Assembly: GCF_006345805.1 (NCBI RefSeq)
Contig: NC_043005.1
Coordinates: 33,232,001-33,296,000 of the forward strand
Reading direction: 5' to 3'
Source: Octopus sinensis
Lineage: Eukaryota
Length of the DNA: 64,000 nucleotides
Below are positions 54,171 through 64,000 of this stretch, piece after piece. Each line of letters starts with the position of its first letter. Position 1 is the first letter of the stretch. Below the pieces are notes generated by a model. The model was not told the DNA's origin. It did not search any database and saw only the letters and a program-made list of their open reading frames with translations. Made by a program: the position numbers and the translations under genes.

Positions 54171-55561
54171 GATTTAAATTTGATGCGTAGTTGTTTAGCC
54201 TCAGGTCATTCTAATTACGGCCATCCTGTTTTTTTTTTCTTGGACATAGTATATTTAGAACAACATATTGTTTCTTTTTTAAAACAGTAGATTATAGTTT
54301 CGCAGACTGAGCTACCGCCTTGTGGCTCATCCATTTATTCGTTAAAAAAAAAGGAGTTTTGGAGAAAAGAAATAAAAATGAAGGAAATATTTTTGGAAAT
54401 AAAATGTCGACGAGTATCTCCCGCCCTATGAGTGATGTGGCGTCATATCAAAAGACGGCGGGGGCTGCATATAAAACGCCATAAGTTGATATATTAAGAA
54501 CATCATAAAATATATTCTTGTTTTACTATAATGTTATGCCATGCTATTATGATAAGTGAGCGCCGTTAAGCGGGGGCAAAGCTACTGTAAGAAGAGTCTG
54601 CATTGCAAACCAAAACAGAACATTCTCTTTTAGAGAATTAGACAGAGAGCTTTGTTTGAAACGTCAATATTCCCATCTACGCCTGGTTTACAAAAATTAT
54701 TTCAAGAATTTTTGACAACGCAGCCCCTGGCTTTTTCCTATCTCCGATGCAAGATCGACTCCCATCTGAATCAGTTCACTTGAATATGGGTTCCGGATGT
54801 TGTCATTAACCTGAAGAAGAATGGCCTCTGTCAGATTAACTTACTTTCCACGCTCAACAGTAAAACAGGAAGACTTTCAAGAGCAACGATTCATTAAGAT
54901 TTACGGAATGTTTTCAGTTTTTCGTAATTTTATACATGCCGGAGAAATGATAGCCGATAAATTAATGAGGTAAAGATCACACCAGAATAACCTCTCGCAT
55001 TCTCTCCCTTTCTCTCTCTCACTCTCTCTCTTCTCTCTCCCTCTCTCTCTCCCTCTCTCTCTCTCTATCTATCTATCTATCTCTCACTCTCTCTTCATCA
55101 CTCTTACTACATTTCTTCACTTCCTTTCTTCACTCTGTATTACGATATCATACTAAGTAAGCTGGTGTAAGAGTGAGCTTGTTTACAACCGGGTGATAAA
55201 ATATAGGCTATAATATTCCCTCACTTTGGTCTCCTGCCATGATACTGGATGCATTAAGAAAACAAGAATTCTGGAGAGCTAAGAACACAAAACAATATTC
55301 TGGTGTTTACATAACTGTGTCTGTAGTGGATATATAAACTGGATTCTATAGAATACTAAAGGTTCATCACCTTAGTCTTTCACATTGTGGTAACACTATT
55401 GCACGAGAAATAGTTAATACTGTCATTTGATAGACATATTTTAATACTAGGCATGCAATGGAAATGACAATTCTGAAAGTTACTGGAGAGTGAATACAAG
55501 CAATATTCTCATTCTTTTGGCTAATACTATTGAACTAACGATTGGACACATACATTTATTA

Positions 55562-55632
<71 letters not shown>

Positions 55633-56063
55633 GAGTGAAAGAGCAGTGCATACCACCAAACTGACACTGGGATAAAATATACGAAGCCCAATATACCCAT
55701 CATGACTATTCGTCTGATAAGAGTAAGCCAGATATATGGATCACAACAATATGTGCACGATATGGTGATCTTATGTCAAGATAAACAGCGCATGACCTTG
55801 CAGGTGGGGTCCAGTTAATTATATTCAGGTTGTGTAGCCCATCCGGCTCAAAAAGTCCCTCAACAAGGCTTGTTTAAGGAGGTAGATTATTCAAATCCCA
55901 AAGAATTCCTCTCAACACATGGCTATGATGCTCCTCCAATACTTCTACTCGTGATCAGCAATACACATATCGTCACCCATTAAGGAACATGCTCAAATGG
56001 TTGAGGTCAAATAACTGACAAGCAAATCTGTGGTATTGAGCAGAATATTTGCTGTAGCCCATC

Positions 56064-56067
<4 letters not shown>
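55633..56067 (-). mobile_element. (TAA)n-embedded element, copy 4, truncated
   Basis: Same GAGTGAAAGAGCAGTGCAT end as copies 1-3; lacks roughly the last 100 bp of the other end; (ATT)n on both sides (55556-55632 and 56068-56141). Confidence 0.85.
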
Positions 56068-56120
<53 letters not shown>

Positions 56121-56498
56121 CATTATTATTATTATTATTATTTCGTATACGCACAACAGATTAGATTGGAGAAAATTCCTACCTGCAACTTTCAACAATT
56201 AACTTTGCATGCCAAGAACCTTCCTCAGTATCCTAGCAGTCCCTTATAACACTGTTTTCTGGAGCTGCACTAAACTAGGCTTCATATCTATTTATTCTTT
56301 CCATTTGTTCAAAAGTATAACCAATCATCCTTTGGTTTATTAAAACGTGTAAACTATACACCGTTTGAACACTTTGATAACCAGCTTCCTACATGATATG
56401 CCACAGAGTTGGTCGCCTGAATTTTAATTATCCCATCAATTATTGTGTGTGTGCGCGCGCGTATGTATGTATATATATATGTATATTTGTGCATATGA

Positions 56499-56547
<49 letters not shown>

Positions 56548-56640
56548 TAATAGTAGGGAATATAAAATTCTAAACTTACAGGGAAAAATTCAGTTTAGCA
56601 ATTCTAAATCAAATTTCGCAATATATAATATATGTATATA

Positions 56641-57274
56641 ATTAAGAGAAATAACCTCTATTAAATAATTCAGTTAATAGTGAAAGATATCTATATTAAA
56701 TTATATAGAAAAAATTTTAAATATATAATAAATAATATTCTAAAATTAAATAAACATTAAATTGACTACGCGCGTTTCGTGAACTAATTTTAATAGCATC
56801 GATTTTATTATTATCGATTTAAGATATAGTCGCGAAACGCGCGTAGTCGATTTAATGTTTATTTAATTTAGTGATTTTTAGAATAATATTTGCAGCGTGG
56901 AAGGTGTTTGTAAGCCATTTAAGAAACACACAAAAGCCGTTCGATTCACTTCAACATTTAAGTTTAATTTGTCAAAATATTTTCGTCGCTTTAAGACCGC
57001 GACCTGTTAAAGCGACGAAAATATTTTGACAAATTAAACTTAAACGTTGAAGTGAATCGTACGGCTTTTGTGTGTTTCTTAAATGGCTTACAAACACCTT
57101 CCACGCTGCAATTGTTTTCGTTTCAGCACACGATCTCAGATCAAATCACTTGCTATGCAAGTACATCTCCGTAAAGAATAATATTTATTATAATATATTT
57201 AAATTTTTCTATATGATTTAATATAGATAATATCTTTCACTATCATTGAATTACTTATAGAGGTTATTTCTCTT

Positions 57275-57277
<3 letters not shown>
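56641..57277. repeat. Nested foldback: about 100-bp outer inverted repeats enclosing two hairpins
   Basis: Outer arms 56641-56740 / 57176-57277; hairpin A about 56741-56880; hairpin B arms 56891-56994 / 57007-57110 with a 12-nt loop. Confidence 0.85.
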
Positions 57278-57319
<42 letters not shown>

Positions 57320-57320
57320 A

Positions 57321-58405
57321 GAAGGGGATTTTTCGTTGTGCTTATTGTCCTGTATCTCTCTTTTTTTTGCTTGTCTTGTTCCTTGGTTTGTGTCTATGTG
57401 TTTCGTCTCTCTATGTGTTCGACGTCTTTTTGGTGTCCTGTACACATATATGCGTGTATATGTACATGTAGAGGTAGGTACGTACATATATGTTTATATA
57501 TATGCATATGTTCTATTTTATTAACATATTATACGACTAAACGCACGCACCCTATTAAGTAAGATTGTTCTGTTTATCAAGTTAGCCTTGATATTAACTC
57601 TCACGCGACTCGACTCTGCATCTTTCTTTCTTTCTCTCCCATTCCCTTTTTCGTCTTTTTTCCCTCACTTAACTTGTCTCTTCCTCTCTCTCGCATTCTT
57701 CATTCTCTCTCTCCCTTTCACCATTCTTCATGGTCTCCTCGCACCATTCCCCTTCTTCTCTCTCTTCCTCTTGCTCCTCCTCCCCCATTCCCGTCGTCCA
57801 TCTGCGACGATACTTCCGTCGTAACTGCTATCCTGTCTTTTCTCGCCCGCCTTCTAAGGCTACTGGTCGACACATTTTCTCTCTCTCGTCGTCCACGATA
57901 ATCCAGCGTTTGCAATACTTTTTTCGTCTGGCGTTAACAGCCCTTCTTATCTTGTTCTCCTTGTCCTGTCTCTCACTGTTATATTTTTATTTTTCCACTG
58001 TTTATATATATATTTTTTACTGTTTATATGTTTGTACTGTCGTTACCGTCTTGCCTTTTTTTTTTTTTTTTACCCCTCTGCGAAAAGATCTCAGAATTTT
58101 AATTGATTTGCTTTTCGCGGGAAGGAAGTTTTCTTCGAAGTATACGTCTCGCTTTTATCCTTCGAAACGTTTAGTAGATGAAACCTTAGCGACTGAGAAG
58201 GGATTTTTTCGTTGTGCTTATTGTCCTGTATCTCTCTTTTTTTTGCTTGTCTTGTTCCTTGGTTTGTGTCTATGTGTTTCGTCTCTCTATGTGTTCGACG
58301 TCTTTTTGGTGTCCTGTACACATATATGCGTGTATATGTACATGTAGAGGTAGGTACGTACATATATGTTTATATATATGCATATGTTCTATTTTATTAA
58401 CATAT
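57321..58405. mobile_element. 1085-bp element bounded by 209-bp direct repeats
   Basis: 57321-57529 and 58197-58405 are nearly identical (their ORF-track translations are identical); (TA)n on both flanks; no coding domain recognised. Confidence 0.75.
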
Positions 58406-58441
58406 ATATATATATTATATATATATATATACATACATACA

Positions 58442-58473
<32 letters not shown>

Positions 58474-58558
58474 CATACACACACACGCGTGCACATATAT
58501 ATATATATATATACATACATACATACATACATACATACATACATACTACATACATACA

Positions 58559-58590
<32 letters not shown>

Positions 58591-58628
58591 CATACACACA
58601 CACGCGTGCACATATATATATATATAAT

Positions 58629-58701
<73 letters not shown>

Positions 58702-58768
58702 TGAGTGGAGAAACGAAAGAAAGATGCACTCAACAGATGTGGTAGGAGTTAATATATCATTATTGTTA

Positions 58769-58817
<49 letters not shown>

Positions 58818-59204
58818 CGTTATCATTATTATTATTATTATTATTAAAAACTGTATAATTTGGCCCTTTGCAATTTAAAGTTTCGAAGGCTTCTTACAGA
58901 AACAGCTCGTCGGGCACAACTACCCGAATAAACATGTGCAACAAATCCAAGATAACTATCGGAAACTCGGTTGCTATTGTTCAAGGCGGGTCACGTGGTG
59001 TTATTAGAAGTGGAGTCCAGTTAGAATAAGAACAATAATAAACGAGTGAAGAACGAATATATAGTAAGTGTGTTTATTTGGCAAAAAAAAAATACTCTCC
59101 CGAAATACATCAATATCTGTTTCAACATATGACTTCACATGAGGAATCGTGCAACACTAATTCTTGAACGTGTCTGTGTGTGTGTGTGTGTATATATACA
59201 TATA

Positions 59205-59282
59205 CATATACGCAGTTGGACTGAACTCGGAACCATGTGGTTGGGAAGCAAGCTTCTTACCACACAGACACGCCTGTGCCTA
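59205..59282 (-). mobile_element. Family 2 SINE head fragment
   Basis: GGACTGAACTCGGAACCATGTGGTTGGGAAGCAAGCTTCTTACCACACAG. Confidence 0.6.
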
Positions 59283-59350
59283 TGTGTAGACATGTAACCA
59301 CACACATGATCTTCCTGGATTATTTTCCTTCTCTGGGCTTTTCCTTTCTC

Positions 59351-59389
59351 CTCTTTCTGACGAAAGGCTATACTTGAAACGTAGAAAAG
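59351..59389 (+). ncRNA. Minimal type I hammerhead ribozyme candidate
   Basis: CTCTTT-CTGACGA-AAG-GCTATA-CTT-GAAA-CG-TA^GAAAAG: intact core, 3-bp stem II, palindromic ACGU stem III, imperfect stem I. Confidence 0.55.
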
Positions 59390-59516
59390 CCCACTCTTTT
59401 TCCACCTTTGTTGAGTACCAAGCTAATGCATTTCATACATAAGTCCTTTTGGTGTTTTGTTATTTGTTGCTGTTAATGTTCGATTTTCAATGTTCAGTTT
59501 TTAATGTTCAATTTGG

Positions 59517-59571
<55 letters not shown>

Positions 59572-60204
59572 AAGAAGCATTGGTTAGAGAACAAACATTA
59601 AATTTGGGTCAACGACTTTACACACAACCCCACCCCTCAAACATTTAATCATATATAAAAATCACCATGGCTCCCAAACACAAAAAACATATAAAATCAC
59701 AGAAGGTAAAAGTATATATTCGAATAAAATACAAATAGAACGGCCTATCAAAAATGTTAAATATAAACAGATAAAGATTCAAAAACTACCAAAAACCTAA
59801 TAGACAAATATAAAATAAGTAAAGGTAAGAATAAAATAAATATCCACTGACTAAAAAGTTTTATCACACGATTAAAATATTTCTTTTAAATTAATAATTT
59901 TTTTTTTTTAATATTTGAAAAAATATTTGAAAAAAGTCTTTTACTTCCCTCATACAAGTACTCCAAAGTTCATAAGTAAACAGACTACCACAGGTCAAAT
60001 TCACATGCATTTTGAAAAAAGTATTTTGCTCCCTCCACATAAGTACGTCCAAAAGTTCATAATGAGCAGACTTCACAGGTCAAATTCAACATTCACATAT
60101 ATCTATGGCTCACCACCGCAGTTTATTTACACTAAAGTACAACACGGCAATGACTCTCTCATCAGGATAAACAGGAAACAGGAGACACGCACAGATCAAA
60201 ATTT

Positions 60205-61270
60205 TTTAAGAAGCTTTTCTGACCTCGTCTACAGAATTCAAATTTTTTCTGTCCAAATGATTTTGAAGACTGAAGAATAAAAGATCATCAGATGGGACAA
60301 TGTGCGGCGAATATGGTGGGTGGGGCATCGTTTCCCATTTAAACTGCTCCAGTCTTTGGAATGTCATCCTCGCTGTATGTGCCGAGCATTATCCTGAAGT
60401 TAGAACACCTTTCGTCTTGAAACCAAAGACGGTCGTTTTACACATATTGCTGACTTAAGTCGCTCAAGCTGCTCGCAATAGATCTCCTTTATTGACGTTT
60501 GGTTTGGGATTATAAGTTCAAAGTGGACTAAGCCTTTCATATCCCACCAAACAGATAACAACATCTTACGTGGGTGAAGACTTTCTTTAGCCTGGGGTGC
60601 CGGTGTTTCTCCTTTCCCTATCCATTGTCTCCGGCGCTTGACATTTTTATAGAGAACCTATTTCTCGTCACCAGTCGCTATTCGGCCAAAAAAAGGATCG
60701 TGCGTGAAACTTGAAGACAAAGAAGAGCACACATTCACTCTCTGTGCGCCATTAGACTCAGAAAGTTTGTGAGAAACTTATTGACCCAATTTGCAAACTT
60801 TTCCGATGGCACGCAGTTGTCAATGAATGGTTGAATGACCAAATCCAAGTTTCTCTGCTAGTCCCTCAGCAGTTACGATGGGATTTTGTTCCACCAGAGT
60901 TTGCAGGACGTCCTCATCGAGCTCTACAGATCTTCCAGGACGAGGCTCGTCTTCTAGGCTGCAGTTTCCGTCTCGGAATTTTTGGAACGACCGTTGACAC
61001 TGGCTTACGTTTATTGTCCGATCCCCATAAAATGCATTAATATTCCTCCCACTTTCTGTTGTGTTGTTGCTTTTATTGAATTCATAAAGCAAAATTATGT
61101 CGAGTATGCTCCTTTGTAACTTCCATTACAGCTTTAACAAAATAACTGTTAAAATCAAACTTCACTCTTCAAAACTTGCATTAAGGATAAGGACAAGGTA
61201 ACATTACTACCTGCTTCTATAGCAAGTTGATGCAGGTAGTTTATCCCGTTCACCTCGGATTTTTAGTTCA
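60205..61270 (-). mobile_element. Truncated mariner transposon
   Basis: MEVTKEH start at 61126, MLYEFNKSNN...FQKFRDGNCSLEDEPRPGR, PPYSPHIVPSD..LFFSLQNHL; no TIRs found. Confidence 0.85.
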
Positions 61271-61804
61271 TGCAATTGAAAAAACAGCATTATGTATATA
61301 TATATAATGGTATTTTATATAAGCTTAAAGCTTATGGCGATCACCGTGCAATGTCTATGGAAAATAGTCTAATAAAAGGGCATATAATCCCTCGACAGAA
61401 AAAAGAAGGCATGCGGATGGGAAAGCCTTCTTTTTTTCTGTCGAAGGCTTATAGTTAATAAAGAGATAAAATGAATTAGAAATAAATTACAAACCTTACA
61501 ATCCTATGACTCCACTATGCTCCATACGATTCTTAGAAGTTGTAGTCTATTCTCAGCTACAATAGCGACAACATATACTATTTTATATAGAGATTGTTAA
61601 CATTATCAATACTCAGAAACAGGCTAGAATCGAAGTGCTCAAATTGAGCTAAGTTCCAATTTATAATTTGAATGGAGGCAATGCGAACGGAAAACTAGAG
61701 GAACATGACCTATTATTCAATAGAATATTCAGTGTATATGTGTACTTTCTTCGACATTAATAAATCAATATAAAGTTCGAAATAATATTAGTATTAAAAA
61801 CATC

Positions 61805-62040
61805 TTAAAGACCCCCTTCGGTCATGAATGACCATGGGATTGCACCTAGAAAGTTACCCTCCTAGACACAAGTCCGGGCAAGGTTGTTTATGGAAGACCA
61901 GCAGTCGCCCATGCATACCAGCCTCCCCTCTCCACGCCACTGATGTTATCCAAGGGAAAGACAAAGGTCGATACAGCTTGGCAGCAGTGACGTCGCAACT
62001 CATTTCTACAGCTGAGTGAACTGGAGCAACGTGAAATAAA
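61805..62040. mobile_element. SINE-like interspersed repeat fragment (third family)
   Basis: Contains CATTTCTACAGCTGAGTGAACTGGAGCAACGTGAAATAAA, which I recall as a conserved central SINE domain; GC-richer than its flanks; unverified. Confidence 0.45.
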
Positions 62041-63041
62041 ATATTAAAAACATACAAACATATAAACATATAAATATTAAATATTTAAAACCACGTAAAT
62101 ATTTAAAAATATATAGGCTTTTTAAAAATATATAAACGCATAAATAGATACATAAATAGATATAAACAAACGTCGATATGATATAAGATATAGTGAATTA
62201 TAAATTCACACTATATGATATAAGATGTTTAAAGACTCGTAGGTATTTAAAAATATTTCAAAAACATTTATAAATATAAATAAATACGCAAGCAAAATAG
62301 AAAACATCAATATGATATAAGACATAGTGAATTATTAATTCACACGATAAGATACAAAGGAAAAAAATTTACAAGTTACAACACGGAGTCCAGTGGAAAG
62401 TTTGAAATTATAAAACATTAAAAGGACATACCAATATACGAAGATAATGTTCAATGGATCCAAAAGTTTCATCGACGGGCCGTTTCGGAGGCGTGTCAGA
62501 TATGATATAAATTTAATATTTTAAAGGAAACAGACACACCCTTCATCAGGATGCTCCTCAATACGAAAGACACAATGAAAACAACATAGAAAAGGGCAGA
62601 GAAAAGGACAACTTACATCATTACATCATTGGCCAGAGCCAATTCGAAAAAATCCTATATATGTAACAGAGTTAATTAGTGAGGGATTATCCATCTGGGC
62701 AAAATATTTTAGTAGCTTTTTGTTCGTACATCAGGCTAATAATAAGTATAGAACTCCGCTTATACTTGTGGCAGGGTCCGAGGTTAGAGTTCATCATCAT
62801 TCTATATTGTAATCCTTGGTTGTGTTCCACTTATACTAGGTGTCACACAGAGTGATATACAAGACAAGGTATAAATAATGCTCATCAATATTTCTCTTTA
62901 TTGCAATAAAGAAATTCATACCTTGTCTGGTATATATATATATAACGGGAAGCTTTATGAAAATAGACAAAAGATGAAGGCAGGTGGAAAACAAACAAAC
63001 AATTGTATTAATATGGCGCTCAGGAAATATAAATAAAACAA

Positions 63042-63081
63042 GTCTTTAACGTTTCGAGCCTACGCTCTTCAACAGAAAGAT
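63042..63081 (-). ncRNA. Variant minimal hammerhead-like motif in a probable PLE terminal repeat
   Basis: Minus strand TCTTT-CTGTTGA-A-GAGC-GTAG-GCTC-GAAA-CG-TT^AAAGA: all stems formable but the core reads CUGUUGA (A6 to U). Confidence 0.5.
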
Positions 63082-63242
63082 ACACAGAGAGAAAAAAACA
63101 CAGAAAGAAGGAGAGAAAAAAAATGCGTGCAATAACTAACGAACCAACATGGCGATCTGATTTCGGCCAGAAGTCAAAGATCAAACATGAGACGCGACAG
63201 CGAAATTAGGGGAGATAATAGGGTTGAGTGACCAGCTCCAAC

Positions 63243-63600
63243 ATAAGGGTGTGTGTGTATGAGAGAGTATTAGTGCGTATGAGAGGTCTGGACGTGTGTA
63301 TGTATAGGGTTGGTGTATGTATTAGTATGTATTAGTATGTATAAGGGTGTGTGTGTGTGCGTGTGTGTATGAGAGAGTATTAGCGCGTATGAGAGGTCTG
63401 GACGTGTGTATGTATAGGGTTGGTGTATGTATTAGTATGTATTAGTATGTATTAGTACGTATTAGTATGTATAAGGGTGTGTGTGTGTGTGTGTGTATGA
63501 GAGAGTATTAGTGCGTATGAGAGGTCTGGACGTGTGTATGTATAGGGTTGGTGTATGTATTAGTATGTATTAGTATGTATTAGTTGGTGTATGTATTAGT
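63243..63600. repeat. Three-copy tandem repeat (units about 98-130 bp) with an internal (TATTAGTATG)n sub-repeat
   Basis: Units start ATAAGGGTGT at about 63243, 63341 and 63471. Confidence 0.9.
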
Positions 63601-63639
63601 ATGGCACATCATATATGATGTGATGTGTAAAGTCGTGTG

Positions 63640-64000
63640 GTTTAGTGTGGAGAGAGGAGAAGAGGGGGGAGGAGAGGGGAGGATATGAGGGGGAGAGGAG
63701 AGGGGGAGGAGATGAGGGGGGAGAGAGGGGAGAGGAAGGGGAGGAGGAAGGAGAAAGAGGGAGAGGGGGAGAGAGAAGGGGAGTGAGGAGCGAGGAAGGG
63801 AGTGAGGGAGCAGAGGGAAGGGGAAGAGGGAAGGAGGGAGGGAGAAAGAGGGAAGAGGGGAAGGGGAGTAGGGGTGAAAGGATGAAGGACTGAAGAAGTA
63901 GGGTTCGGGGGGAAAGGTATGTGAGGGGGGAGAGGGGGGTTAGATGAGGAGGAGGGGGAGAGTTGAGACCAAATGGCGTATAAGAGCGAAGAGAGAAGAT
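63640..64000. repeat. Purine-rich (G/A) low-complexity tract
   Basis: Read directly; the 63645-63893 ORF is compositional. Confidence 0.85.

Noticed and set aside
51940-54900. Short open frames in apparently unique sequence (about 51956-52138, 52250-52480, 54640-54810, also 19270-19430)
   Set aside because: No recognisable domains and no consistent splice-site chain; cannot be called without RNA-seq or homology.
62468-62512. Minus-strand CTGACA-CGCCTCC-GAAA-CGGCCCG-TC
   Set aside because: Core truncated and stem II absent.

Overview
AT-rich, microsatellite-saturated eukaryotic DNA built almost entirely from transposable-element debris. I could not support any host protein-coding exon, rRNA, tRNA gene or CRISPR array, so this is probably intergenic or deep intronic. 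The SINE families and repeat landscape look like an octopus (coleoid cephalopod) genome; that is inference from pattern recognition, not a database result. Contents: (1) three mariner elements (two full length with TIRs and TA duplications), a maT/DD37D-like element and another Tc1/mariner end; (2) non-autonomous Helitrons, two pairs of them abutting, plus PIF1-helicase and Rep fragments; (3) a long CR1-like LINE ORF2 (APE endonuclease + RT); (4) several restriction-like-endonuclease (RLE) non-LTR fragments of at least two families; (5) Penelope-like element (PLE) fragments of apparently three lineages; (6) many tRNA-headed SINEs; (7) two head-to-head zinc-knuckle ORF1-like relics. Most interesting: up to five type I hammerhead ribozyme candidates; a non-coding 550-570 bp element always embedded in (TAA)n; an RLE family repeatedly next to (CATA)n; two LINE/SINE 3-prime tail partnerships, one with a covarying stem; an ORF1-only (half-LINE-like) element; a nested foldback with a 104-bp near-perfect hairpin; and a 1.1-kb element bounded by near-identical 209-bp direct repeats. 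Most ORF-track entries are microsatellite artefacts. All coordinates, translations and RNA folds were worked out by eye.
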